A DNA stretch of 63,672 nucleotides, filler included, from Gonapodya sp. JEL0774 (lineage: Eukaryota), in NCBI GenBank assembly GCA_027604505.1. It is 55 parts of 55 records of this genome, joined end to end, with 100 filler letters (N's around TTAATTAATTAA, not from the genome) between each part and the next. Parts side by side here need not be neighbours in the genome. Positions count along the whole stretch, not along the records: positions 51,102 to 52,155 come from JADIIX010004049.1; positions 52,256 to 53,308 come from JADIIX010004050.1; positions 53,409 to 54,461 come from JADIIX010004051.1; positions 54,562 to 55,613 come from JADIIX010004052.1; positions 55,714 to 56,765 come from JADIIX010004053.1; positions 56,866 to 57,917 come from JADIIX010004054.1; positions 58,018 to 59,069 come from JADIIX010004055.1; positions 59,170 to 60,221 come from JADIIX010004056.1; 47 more parts are not named here. One strand, written 5' to 3'. Positions 51,102 through 62,770 of this stretch are shown here, one piece after another (the first letter of the stretch is position 1; each line of letters starts with the position of its first letter). The translations under genes and the position numbers were made by a program. Below the pieces are notes generated by a model. The model searched no databases. It was not told the DNA's origin and worked only from the letters and a program-made list of their open reading frames with translations.

Positions 51102-51801
51102 CGTCGAACGTATTCACACAAGTGTTTGCCACCGTGTGGCTTGGATCCGCCGTTGTCACTATCAATGGGCAATTACTTGGGGGCCGAATGTGAGTATTAT
51201 GATTCGCGGATGTCATTTGAGGCACAGTCACCAGGATGCGCGCGAAAGATGCTTACAAGCTCACAGTTCTGAGACGCCGAGAGGCTATAAGACAGAGTTT
51301 CATTTATAATATCTCACGCATGTTTTCCTCCACGAGATGTTTCGTGTCGTGCATTCTCACTCATCCCATTCGATCCCTTAGTTCCTTTCTTCAATCTGTT
51401 TGCATACTTTCGTATTGCCTCTTCCCGCTCCTCGCTGCTTCCTTCGTCTCTCTTCTCATACCAAGCATTGTCGTGCGATCTATCTTCGTCGGTATAGCGG
51501 TTTGGTGGAGCACCGTTGGTAAGCGGCGAACAATAAGCGAGTGTTGTGTTGCTATTCGCACAACTAATGAAGCTTCTTCTCTGTACCTCTAGCTTCAATG
51601 TCGTTCCTATCAGATGCGCGCCTTGAAAACCGTCGGGCGCTTGCAGTGTATCCCATGATTCTCTTCTATGTGTTTCTTGGCTGGGAGGTGAGCTCAGCTT
51701 GTTCACTTTACGCTAGCGCTACTAAGTTGCGCTCATGTGAACAATGTCCTTTTTATTTAATGCACTACAAGGTACTCATTTCGAAGAGTATGTTTGGTTG
51801 A
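51102..51801 (+). CDS. YIP4: Yip1-domain protein YIPF6/Yip4, 3' part
   Basis: VW.GS.VVT.N..LLGG.I-SF.QSVC.L.YCLFPL and RRALAVYP..LFY. Confidence 0.9.
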
Positions 51802-52255
51802 GTATTATACTAATCTTTAGGGTTTGCTGCGTTGGTTTGTCACGAAGTTGTGTTCAGAAGTGTATTCGATCGAATTTATTTGGTGCAACGCTCAATTTCG
51901 CAATACTCCAGCCGCAAAACCTACAAAACAAAAAAAAAGCTCTTCCCTGACCCCTTAGTCTCTATGCAGTAGTTAGTACATGATTGTAAAGGAAGGCGGG
52001 ACATGATTGTGATGGTCGCAAATTACTAGTGGACTCCCAGTTCCTCTAGTTTACTTGTCACCTCTGGCAGCCACAACGTTGGTGACGTCCACGAACTTCT
52101 CGCCTTCAAGCTCCAACCCGCCACGCTCGAAAACTGACAATGCACGTGATGATTGNNNNNNNNNNNNNNNNNNNNNNNNNNNNNNNNNNNNNNNNNNNNT
52201 TAATTAATTAANNNNNNNNNNNNNNNNNNNNNNNNNNNNNNNNNNNNNNNNNNNN

Positions 52256-53308
52256 GAGGGCGTAGTTGCCGTCACCCATTTTGAATCCGAATGTGATTTG
52301 TGGTACGATCCCGTTGCCGACTTCATCTGATCATCCATCAACGCTGTCAAAGTTCGAGAGGATGATCGAGAGTGGGAAGAGCCGAGGGTCCGAGATTGAT
52401 GGGTCACGGCTAAGGAGTCACTGGTATTGGAGAGCGACTGAGCCACGGATGACGTATGAATGAATGAATCCGTTTGAAAGTGATTTTGATGTCTCGTTGA
52501 TGGTGGCCAGTCGTTGCGGTACTGGATCTGGCTCTCCACCATCTGATCGTGCTCAACTGCAGATACTGCAGAGATTTCGCTGAGTACACTCGCAGCAAGT
52601 TTTTGAGCGGTTGGATCAAACACAAAGAATGCAATGGTGTTGGCGATTCCACTGATAGTGATTGCAATTTCTGATCCATCGAAGCACGTCGTGGAATGCG
52701 TGATACGTTGGCTGTGGCATAACTTTTACAGAGCATGCATGAACTCACCTCCAATGAAGGCAAGGACCGGCATCTTATCAAACATTGTTGCCACAATTGC
52801 TGTACCGCCCGTGAATAGGATGATGAGAGGATACTAAATCACATAAAAGCGATTCTAAGTATTTTTGTCGGGCAAGCTCCCCGTTCCACGATGTGCATCC
52901 GTCAATCTCAAACGAACCATGATGAGCCTCCGCGAAAGATCCGACACGTCCTCCCGCGCACTTCCACCCGTCGCCATCATCCCCTGTCCCTTCACTCGGA
53001 GACCATGGTGCGATATCTTGACACTCCTGCTCAGGTGAACCGTGATCGCGAACACGAGCACGAGGTTGATTACGACCGGGAAAAAGGCGCCGACGAGAAT
53101 GGCAAGGGCTTGGGGCCCAAAGGGGTCGGTGAAGAAGCAGCCGCCGTCGCCGGGGTTGACTCCGGAGCTTTATTGGATTTAGGTGAGAGTGGGGAGGCGA
53201 GCGTACGTGTGAGCAAGAATTGTTGACAAACGGTCATTTGAATCGCGCATTTGCATCGTAAAACATACCCGCCAATAGTGCCCAAGCCGAATCCAAGCAT
53301 TGCCACAC
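52256..53308 (-). CDS. cAMP-receptor-like/fungal GPCR, C-terminal TM helices and tail
   Basis: Loop Cys (GCFF), a TM segment, RRLIM-YPLII, then SGIAN.IAFF.FDP and a Ser-rich tail. Confidence 0.55.
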
Positions 53309-53455
53309 NNNNNNNNNNNNNNNNNNNNNNNNNNNNNNNNNNNNNNNNNNNNTTAATTAATTAANNNNNNNNNNNNNNNNNNNNNNNNNNNNNNNNNNNN
53401 NNNNNNNNTACCACCTGACTCAGTCTCCCGAGAAGTCGAAAAGCTCATTCTCCAG

Positions 53456-53857
53456 ATGGTCTCTGCCTCTGAAATCAGCGCCGCTATCGATCACCGTCGT
53501 GGTGCTCCTCCGTCAGCAACCACGGACCCCTCTTCCTCTTCTACTCACACTACGGCATCTAACGCCACTGGCATGGTTGAGTTCCTCGACAACGAAGACA
53601 CCTTCGACTCCGCCGAAGCAGCCGACCGTCTTTCACAGATGATCGACTTGGTCGCATCCATGAACCAGACGGTACGCGACATGGACCATACCGTGCACAG
53701 CAGCAGGGAGTATTTATCCAAGGTTATGGGAGTGGAGAGGAAGGGCGGGTATGGTGGGGGGATAGGGGTGGGAATGGGAATGTTCATGCAGGGGGGCATG
53801 TTGGATGAGGATATGATGGGGGATGAGATGGAGCTGAGGCCTGGAGGGTTCATGTGA
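53456..53857 (+). CDS. CSN3: COP9 signalosome subunit 3-like, last exon
   Basis: M....EI.A.ID...GMV.F.D....F.......L..MD..V.....YL.K resembles the PCI C-terminus of CSN3. Confidence 0.6.
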   Translation: MVSASEISAAIDHRRGAPPSATTDPSSSSTHTTASNATGMVEFLDNEDTFDSAEAADRLSQMIDLVASMNQTVRDMDHTVHSSREYLSKVMGVERKGGYGGGIGVGMGMFMQGGMLDEDMMGDEMELRPGGFM

Positions 53858-54087
53858 GTCTGATTGCCGTGGGGTGGAGGTGATTGGGACCATGGTCGCA
53901 AGTTCCCCAGTCACTTGAAGTTTGTGATGTTGAAATAGGATGTATTTCTTTGTTAAGCCAATGAGATTCTCCCCTTTCTGATCACTGGTTCACGAGGACT
54001 CATTCGATGGGCGTATCGGTTGCAGGAGGTGGTGAAACTTCCTCATGTGGATCTCCCCGGCCCAACTTGTTGTTTTTGACAACCGAA

Positions 54088-54461
54088 ATGTCCAAGTGGT
54101 ATGCAACCGCGGTGGAACACAAAGAGCCTCCAGTCGACCTCACTCGTCTCCAGCAGCTCGAAAAAGATGCCGAGCAGTTGTGCCAGGAGTTCGAGGCTGA
54201 AACGGAGCGGACCAAGGCCGTGTTGGAGGTGGAACGGAGGGAGAAGGCAGAGGTGGGCCAACGGCGTTTCATCGAACACACAGGCGATTAATCATCATCG
54301 ATGGTATAAATGAAATCTGGAAGTTGAAGTCGCGGATCGCGGAACTGGAGCAAGCTCAGGACACCCTCCAGAAGAAGTTGTCTGTTGCCGACAAGAAGTT
54401 TCATTCACTGGAAGTGGACTACGTGAATCTATCCATGGAAAATGAGCGACTAGAGAGGGAG
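54088..54461 (+). CDS. 5' part of coiled-coil protein
   Basis: Heptad-rich E/K/L exons separated by one intron. Confidence 0.4.
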
Positions 54462-54561
54462 NNNNNNNNNNNNNNNNNNNNNNNNNNNNNNNNNNNNNNN
54501 NNNNNTTAATTAATTAANNNNNNNNNNNNNNNNNNNNNNNNNNNNNNNNNNNNNNNNNNNN

Positions 54562-55613
54562 CTCGTCATTCAGCCCCGCTCCGCCACAGCATCAGCCACT
54601 CAGACCCCGTCCTCCTGTGCCTGCGCACTCCCCGTTTCCTGCTGCGCCAGGGTACCCGGGTCCGCCACGGTATGTGCTTCTCGCGTGGTCATACCCTTTG
54701 CCTTCACTCTCACTGACCCGCTCACTCACTCCTCCCCTCTGACCACAGCTACCCACCGCCCTCAATGCAACTCCCTTCTTCTGCCGGTCTTACTTCCTTT
54801 CCAGCGCATCGGCCACCTCCACTCCCCACACAGCAATGGATGCACCAACCCGCTGTATCATCTCAACCAAACCAACACCGTCCTATCAGACCTCGCCCGC
54901 CCCAAGCGAACTCAGTCGCTCCCTCTTCTGCCGTTCGTGCGCCCACAGCTCGCCCCGTGCAACTCCAATCACAAACCACCGCCACCGCCGCTCGTGTCCG
55001 TCCACCCACCACTCGACCCGTGCAACAACAGCAACCTAGCACCAACGCTGCTCCTGAACAACCACATCAAGTGCTGCGTGGTCGCCCTGTTATGCCGACC
55101 AACATGTCCACTGGTGCCTTCCCCCCCAATGCAATCACCAACGCCAAAGGATCCACCTCCACCACACAACCACAACCACAGCCCTCATCCCGCGCTGCCC
55201 CTCCACCGCCCGTGCCACTACACTCAACAAGCACTCACACTCCTCCCGCCGCCACCTCTCCCACAAATGCACCCGCAAATGCGTCCAACTCTCCCTCACC
55301 CCACGTCACCTCATCCAGCCCACACTCATCCCTCAAACGACCCCGCCTCGAATCTCCACCGTCGCAGCCTGCGTATCTTCCTCATCCCAATCGCTCTCAA
55401 ACACCCATGAATGCACCCTCTGCACCATCCGCCGCCCAACACGACAAAGACGGACCAGACGACGACCTCCCGGAACCCGCTCCAAAGCGGCCCAAACCCA
55501 CCACAGGAGTCACTGTTGCTTCAAAACCCACGTCTGCAGCAGATTCTGCGGACCCATCCAATCCCGCTTCGTCCACCAGTGCCAACACCCCCGTGAGTCC
55601 CACTGACGACACC
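54562..55613 (+). CDS. Pro/Gln/Thr-rich hypothetical protein (internal)
   Basis: Long low-complexity ORF with a PKRPK motif. Confidence 0.45.
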
Positions 55614-55713
55614 NNNNNNNNNNNNNNNNNNNNNNNNNNNNNNNNNNNNNNNNNNNNTTAATTAATTAANNNNNNNNNNNNNNNNNNNNNNNNNNNNNNN
55701 NNNNNNNNNNNNN

Positions 55714-56765
55714 TATTCCCCACACTCATAATGAGAGGACTGACCTGAACACGAACTTGCGGAGTGGACTCTGGAAAGTATTTCTCATCTTGCTTCAGGT
55801 ATTTCACGCCTCGTACCATCTCCCGCATGGCAGCAATACCGGTTTTGTTGACATGTATCAGGAGGTACCTAGTTTGAACCCATGAAGTTGTCCCGACCAC
55901 AAGATGTGGATTAACGGAAACAAATTTAGCTGGCTCGTTGACGATCTTTAAGTTCGAAGCAAGCAAAAGTGAGAATCTGAGGTTCCGATGAAGCATTGGA
56001 AATGAGAGAAAATCTCTACCTCATTGAGGCTCATCACGTGAGCAACCTTCATCGAACTGTTGGGCCACGGGACACTCTGGTAGTTAAATTGCGCATAGCC
56101 TTGGCTTGTGGAGAGTTGCGGGCTGTGGTATATGCCGTTGCCGTACGCACGACCGTGCATAATGTTCTTGAAATGAAGGCCATTTCGGATAATGCTATGC
56201 CAGTTCCGAAGAGGGCTTCCATGAAAAGCTAAGAAAGCGGTGATTGTGCAGTACGAATGGGTGATCAGCTGAGACACCACTGATGTTACTTACCATAAAT
56301 TGACTGTGGACGCTTCGACGAGCCAGCTTTCTCCTTTACAAACTGCTCCTCCTTCTCTAAGCTCCCCATGACCATCTTAAACTGAATATACCTCTTATCT
56401 AGACCAGCGAGCCGCTCCTCCGGGTTCCAAAGTTCCCTGAAGTAGGCTCGATTTGATGCAATGATCCATCTCAGTAGAGGGTAGAGCAGTAGATCGATTT
56501 CGTCCAGCATGTTTCTTAACGATGGTGCTGTGCTCCTCAAGGCAGCTGTGAATTGGGACGCGGCTTGCGTGATTGCATTTTGTGCGTTTTGTTCATCCTC
56601 CAGCATTTCATCCTCTGGGGGTAAATCGAAAACTTCAGACTCTGGCGGCGCATTCTCGGCCAAAAAAACTTCTGTCGCACGGTTTCCCGTCATTCCGTTA
56701 TCTAAGAGATAACGGACCATGTCGTACACTGTGGGGAGCTTGTCAAGCGCACGTCGGACTGTATC
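55714..56765 (-). CDS. PARP6/8/16-like (mono-)ADP-ribosyltransferase domain protein (internal)
   Basis: LLRWIIASNR, AFHGS.L.NWHSIIRNGL, HGRAYGNGIY.S, LNE-IVN and TRYLL. Confidence 0.85.
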
Positions 56766-56865
56766 NNNNNNNNNNNNNNNNNNNNNNNNNNNNNNNNNNN
56801 NNNNNNNNNTTAATTAATTAANNNNNNNNNNNNNNNNNNNNNNNNNNNNNNNNNNNNNNNNNNNN

Positions 56866-57740
56866 TCGGAAGCTCTCCAGATTCCTCAAGTGAGAGACTC
56901 AAGGCACTCTTTGAGTCCGCTACGCTCAAAACGGATATCAGTGGTGATGTGGATGCGGCGCTGCATGGAAAGTTGCTCATCAACCTTTCGAATCCGTAAG
57001 GGCAAAACGACCCACTCGACGCGATCCACTAGAACTCACAACCATTTTGCCCGCAATCAGGCTTGGTGCTCTTGCCTATATCCCTACGGGCGAGATGCTC
57101 AATGACCCCCACCTGGCTAAAGTGTTTTCCGGATTGCGACAAGAAGCGGACCGCATATTTAGGGCATCCGGAATCGCAACGAGCGAAGTCAAACTGGAGA
57201 AAAGTCTGGAGGGAAAAGATTCTGATCGGGGAGGAGCTGCAGTGGACTCTGTTTCCCATGCGAACCAGGCGAACGGCGAACGAGCCGGTCTAGAAGCGGC
57301 CCGGGCGGCAGCAAATAAACTCATCAAAATCAGTGAGCACTCCCGGACGAGTATGGTGAGTGTTTGTCTGATTGAACAACACGGTTTGCATAACTTGCGC
57401 CATGACGCCAAACCTGAAGATAGCTAACCGTCCTTCTCTTCTTTCAAATAATCAGTTCGTTGACTTTTCCCTCCGCCGCCCCTCCGAAATCCGCTTTCTC
57501 AACGGCTACGTTGTTCGCCTCGGTGTCAAGCACAATATTCCCGCACCGTACAATGTCGCCGTCACTCGTATGGTTGAGGAAGTAGACGAGGCATCTGTGC
57601 GGGGCGTGGAGCCACCGGCACGTAGAGAGGGCGAAGAGATTTGGGCAGTGTGTCAAGCCGAAGTGGACAAAACACTGGATGAACAGTTGCAAGGCGCAAG
57701 AGACATGGTGTCGGGCTGGAAACTAGAAAGCCGATGTTGA
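56866..57740 (+). CDS. Ketopantoate reductase (PanE/ApbA) family, 3' part
   Basis: GKLLINL, TSM..D....R.SEI.FLNG.VVR.G....I..PYN. Confidence 0.75.
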
Positions 57741-58017
57741 GATGCAATCTACTGCTTCTTATTTGCATCATTGATCACTCCTTAATCTCCAAAATATGAG
57801 GTTTCACCGATATATAGGCGTTGACCGGAACATGATCGGTCCTGAGAATCAATATCGCTATGTATAACCCACTCACCCCCGCGCCTGACGACGATTAACT
57901 AATAGAAAATAAGGTCANNNNNNNNNNNNNNNNNNNNNNNNNNNNNNNNNNNNNNNNNNNNTTAATTAATTAANNNNNNNNNNNNNNNNNNNNNNNNNNN
58001 NNNNNNNNNNNNNNNNN

Positions 58018-58208
58018 GGCTCATGAGGGTCAGACGGAACATGGTCTGGATTTCTCGGCCAGTCGTTGTAGGAAGGTGGGTGACGGAAGGTTGTCGAGAC
58101 CGAGATTGCAGGAGCCACGGGGCCCGTTGGGTCCAGTTGCGCAAGATGGTCGTCTGCGTGGACTGCGATGGACGCGAGCGAGAGCGGACCGCGGTGTGCT
58201 GGAGCCAT
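58018..58208 (-). CDS. Cys/Met metabolism PLP enzyme (cystathionine gamma-lyase/synthase family), 5' end
   Basis: MAP..S.AVHAD......VAPAISVSTTF. Confidence 0.7.
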
Positions 58209-58487
58209 GTTTGTTGAGGGATGTTTACCCCAGCACTCTCTGGCCCGAAGGGCCTTATAAGTCTGCGGAGAATGTCCAAAATATGAGCTACTTCGTGTTC
58301 CCCTATACAAACAGTGTGGCATTAATTCCGCCTGGAATGATCTCGCTAAAAGCTGTCTAGGGGTGCTCATAGGACTGTAAAAGACGCAAACAACGTCGCA
58401 ACGACAGAGGTCGGGGAAGTCAGTGAATGGCAGCATGCACAACGCGGCGCGTGCCCTACGCAACATCGAACAAGGCCATGCACTCAA

Positions 58488-58573
58488 GCGACAACTTCAA
58501 GCGCGTGTCACGGTGTTGTTGATCTTCAGCGCGTCTGCAAGCGCCGTCGCACCGCGTTCTCCGAATACGTTCG
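58488..58573 (-). pseudogene. Isolated, inactivated 28-aa RNI-type LRR exon
   Basis: CAG acceptor, then NVFGERGATALADALKINNTVTR. The exon is 86 nt (84+2 insertion) and is followed by TTGAGT, a broken GTGAGT donor. Confidence 0.6.
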
Positions 58574-59223
58574 CTGGACAGTTCCGGGGGGCGGGGGACG
58601 TCAGACGTGGGAGAGGGGAGGGGGGACTATGGTCGCGGAACGAGTAGCAGGGAGTGTAGAAGGGGGACGGGGAACGAGGGCCGGGGGACGTACGGGGAAC
58701 GGGGAACGGGGACGTGTGGACGGTCTCACGGCAAAGAAACACGATATGGTCCGTGCCGAGGTACTGTGTCTATTTTAACAGAACGTGTGCAGCCATGTAT
58801 GGACAGTCATAAAGTGGAGGCACTGCATCACGGGTACGCAAGACGTGGTCCACGGTCCATGGGTCCATCCGGTCCAAATCGACCAGTGTCCAAAGTGTCC
58901 ACACCTCTAGCGTACCATCAACCCTTGCACGACCTCGATCCTCCTACCGACGCGGCCCTCCCACCACCAACCAGTCCATCAACCGACACACCCGATCCTC
59001 ACAACTTCCATGGCACATCGATGATGTGCTTATCGGGCAACGAGAATATGGGCTTCGTGGGTGCGAACCNNNNNNNNNNNNNNNNNNNNNNNNNNNNNNN
59101 NNNNNNNNNNNNNTTAATTAATTAANNNNNNNNNNNNNNNNNNNNNNNNNNNNNNNNNNNNNNNNNNNNTCCCCGACCTCCGTGATCCAACCACTAATAT
59201 ATCACATAAATCGGACGAAACAG

Positions 59224-59379
59224 TACTGGTTCCATTCCCACCAACTATTCCACGTCTTGGTTGTTGTTGCAGCGCTAGTCCATTGGGTCGGAACGATCCA
59301 GGCGGCGAAGTGGTGGCACGGAGGCTCGATCATGGGTGACGGGACGGTGTGGAGTGGACTGGTAGAATGCTCGAGATGA
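59224..59379 (+). CDS. PAQR/IZH (hemolysin III-related) membrane protein, last exon
   Basis: WFHSHQLFHVLVV.AA.VH motif. Confidence 0.85.
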   Translation, partial: YWFHSHQLFHVLVVVAALVHWVGTIQAAKWWHGGSIMGDGTVWSGLVECSR

Positions 59380-60442
59380 AGCTCGCAAACCTTAAGGATG
59401 ATGACGAGGGCCATGCATTTGAGTTATCGCGCATACCGTGTCTGCATTTGAAGGTTGAGTTTGGAATGGAGCGTTTAGAATTGTTGGTCCCTCATATCGG
59501 GATTGAACACTTTAGATGTAGATCAGCTGTACTTGGCATAAAATACTTTCAAAGCAAGATGGCACACACAGCAAAAGCTTTTGGATCACGTATTATCGCC
59601 GCGAGGAGCAGTATCTAATCTACACGGAGAACACTGCGTATGCTGTGCACTTTTGGTCTCCAGTAGTTGGAGCGACAATTTAGTTTGTAACTCAAGATGT
59701 CCTTCAGTAAGCACTCGACTCGCGACGATACCCCAGAGAAACAGGCAAGTATAGGAGATCGAGTCGAATATTGGCAAGAAAGTGTCCCGGGGGGTTCATG
59801 GACGTTGAGCACTAAGGTTATCCTCATTCGATGAACCATCCTAAAGTATGCCCAGCGCGATATCTTGAAGGACGCTGAAGATCAGCGTCGGGAGGTGAGT
59901 TTCCAGAAGAGGTATTGGTTCGTTGGTGCATCTCCCCCAAACATGACGTCATTTGCTACCGCACCATATCTCTCTTCCCAGGCCGTGAACGAGATAGAAA
60001 CTGCAGTGCTCGAAGGCAACACAAAGCCACGTGGAAAGAAGCCAGCCTATACAGACTGGGAAAGCGAGTATCAGAGGGAAGGCGCAAATGATGTTGAAAA
60101 TGGGGCGAGAGAGGAGCTGATTCAAACACATTGCAAAAGTCCGGAATTGTCTAAAATGTGAGTGAGGAAGTCAGAAATTGAAATGATAGTGCTTCAGCGA
60201 TTATCCTGCATGATCGCCTTCNNNNNNNNNNNNNNNNNNNNNNNNNNNNNNNNNNNNNNNNNNNNTTAATTAATTAANNNNNNNNNNNNNNNNNNNNNNN
60301 NNNNNNNNNNNNNNNNNNNNNAAAAAAATAAAGAGTCCCGTCCCTTCCTGAATAGCAAAAGATAGAAAGTAATGTTCACTTTGTTACTCACTAGGTTGCT
60401 GGTGACGTTTTCAACCTATCCTAGTTTATCTGTCTTTAATCA

Positions 60443-61372
60443 CTAGCCAGTTGTCAGTACTAGCTTCCAGCTCGACCAGCGGAGTCCCTTTATCAGTCCC
60501 AATTTCGTCGCAATAACCTTATCTGCGACCAGCGAGAACATTGGTCTTCCACTCAGAGCGAGTTTTAACAGCCCAGCTGAAACTTCATCATGGACAAGTG
60601 CAGCGCCGTCGACCCCCAGTGTCCTCAAGGAGGGGAATGCAAGCATGTAGAACGTCACAGAAGAAACGTTTGTCACGCCACATTTACTGATTATTAGTTC
60701 TTGTAACACCGGGCACAGTTCGGCGAGCACTGTTGGCATCGAAAGAGGCTGAACACCATCCTTGCACCCCGTAATATCCAACGTTATCAGATTTTGCCCT
60801 ACTTTTCGAAGGAGAGGAGTGATACTTCTGCTGAAAGAGGGTGTATATCCCGACTCCCCAGTCAGGACGAGACGGCTCAGCACAACAAGTCCGTGAAGGT
60901 GATCCAGCTTGCCGTCACCATCCTTGTACCTATCACCGTCAATAGCTAGCCACTCAAGATATTTCAATTGTCCAATTTTCTTGTAGACGTCCGAGTGTAA
61001 CGTATGGCCTAGCTCCACTGTCAGCCAAAGCCTCCGCAGACGACTGGATAATGATATGTCTCTCAAGGTAAGAGAGGTGGTTACGCCATGCAGCAAAAGC
61101 GACTCCAAGTTATAACATTTGGTGAGCAGGGCATCAACCCATTCAATTTCCCCAGCGTAGTCCAGCTGAAGGTCCAAAACTCGAGCGATTTCCCCGCGCA
61201 TGCAAACGCCAACGACCAGCAAGACGGCATTAAGGTGGTGTTTGAGCTTCCATGACCGTACGGATGGCGCGATAACCTTTAGGAAGTCGCCCACTGCGAA
61301 TGCCATATCCCGAGTCATATTTAGGCTGTCGATTACGACTCTTTCGGGCTTCACCAGCGATCGCGTAAAATC
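60443..61372 (-). CDS. Intronless leucine-rich-repeat (F-box/RNI-like) protein, 3' part
   Basis: Repeated L..L.L motifs (NLESLLL, RLRRLWL, NLITLDITGC, CPVLQELII, FPSLRTLGV). Confidence 0.6.
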   Translation of the reverse strand, partial: DFTRSLVKPERVVIDSLNMTRDMAFAVGDFLKVIAPSVRSWKLKHHLNAVLLVVGVCMRGEIARVLDLQLDYAGEIEWVDALLTKCYNLESLLLHGVTTSLTLRDISLSSRLRRLWLTVELGHTLHSDVYKKIGQLKYLEWLAIDGDRYKDGDGKLDHLHGLVVLSRLVLTGESGYTPSFSRSITPLLRKVGQNLITLDITGCKDGVQPLSMPTVLAELCPVLQELIISKCGVTNVSSVTFYMLAFPSLRTLGVDGAALVHDEVSAGLLKLALSGRPMFSLVADKVIATKLGLIKGLRWSSWKLVLTTG

Positions 61373-61627
61373 NNNNNNNNNNNNNNNNNNNNNNNNNNNN
61401 NNNNNNNNNNNNNNNNTTAATTAATTAANNNNNNNNNNNNNNNNNNNNNNNNNNNNNNNNNNNNNNNNNNNNGTAAGTGTGTGCGTTCTCGACCCATCAT
61501 ATTGCCAACTTCTTGATCAATGGACTCCGGGATGTTGATTGTTCACAACTGGCATGCCCCATCCCACCCCCCCATCCCACTCCCCCCCATCCCCTCTCCC
61601 CCTTCGCCTCCACAACTGAAAATATAC

Positions 61628-62522
61628 AGTGCTCCCTTCTCCCTTTCTCACCGTCGCCACCACTGCCGTCTCTGCGGCCGGGTGATTTGTTCTCTACCCA
61701 CTTGCTCCAAAGAAGTTCCGATCGTAGAGGACACCGGGTCCCCCGAGGCATGGCTTGGCGAGGTGATCGCTGACAATGAAGATCAAACGCCAGCCTCGAA
61801 TGGTGGGACGGGCCTGATGAGAAGCGCCAGCCTAAGTCTTGATCGGTCAGGCCCCCGACTGGTTCGGTCGCCATCCTTCGCATCCAGCCGTTCCGGAAGC
61901 TCGAGAATCAGTAGCATGAGTGGAAAAGCAAAGGAGACTGGGAGTGAAAAGACACCGCCTACAAGCATTTGGAAGACTACGGCGTGTAGGGAGTGTGCAT
62001 CAGTGGTGAGCAGGTAGGTCGCAGGAGTGACCCATCCCAACCATCTCGTTCCCATTCTTGGGCTCACTTATCCGAAAATGCGTTTTGGATAGATCACGCA
62101 CAACAGCCCTCGCTCGCCTTGCTCCACCACCCGCATGGTTGGTCATGTTTGAGCGTGCTCAAGAAAGCCAACGATTGATCGAGGGGCAGCTCGTTCCAGA
62201 ATTTGAACAGGCAGTAGGAGTATGGAGGTAGGTTTCGCGGGGAGCATGATTGTCGCAAGGGTTTGAATTGAGAGGGCAGCATTGAGCTGACTTTTACATG
62301 ACAGTGAAGTTCCCACTGACACGCATGCATTCCTCCGCGCATCATCGGTGCGGAAGAAAATCGCAGAAGAACTGCAGCGAATTGAGCTGGTAGTGTGAGT
62401 CGTTCATTCTTGGCTTCTGTACAGTTTTGCGTTCAATCATCATTTCAAACAATGGATTGCCCAGCAAAAAGCTCCCCTCTGTACCTGCTGCCACGCCCAC
62501 TGATCGCCGTATTGCCGTCTCT
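61628..62522 (+). CDS. FYVE-finger protein (rabenosyn-5/Pep7-like), internal
   Basis: PFSL.HRRHHCRLCGRVIC...CS, a long insert, then CREC and a helical region. Confidence 0.7.
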
Positions 62523-62770
62523 NNNNNNNNNNNNNNNNNNNNNNNNNNNNNNNNNNNNNNNNNNNNTTAATTAATTAANNNNNNNNNNNNNNNNNNNNNN
62601 NNNNNNNNNNNNNNNNNNNNNNTGCGGCAAGGCAGCAGCCTGCTGCTCCGGTTCCCGAAGTTCGTTACGGACGGTGTGTGTCCGTTCACCGTGTCATGTC
62701 TTGCTGAAGGACATTCGCCGGAGATGACCAGACGTCACTTCTCACAATGTTGAGCGTTGTTTAAGCTACA

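Noticed and set aside
58700..58910. GGTCCA/GTCCA short repeats and an 8-bp inverted match suggesting a MITE
   Set aside because: The inverted match is too short and no TSD is identifiable.
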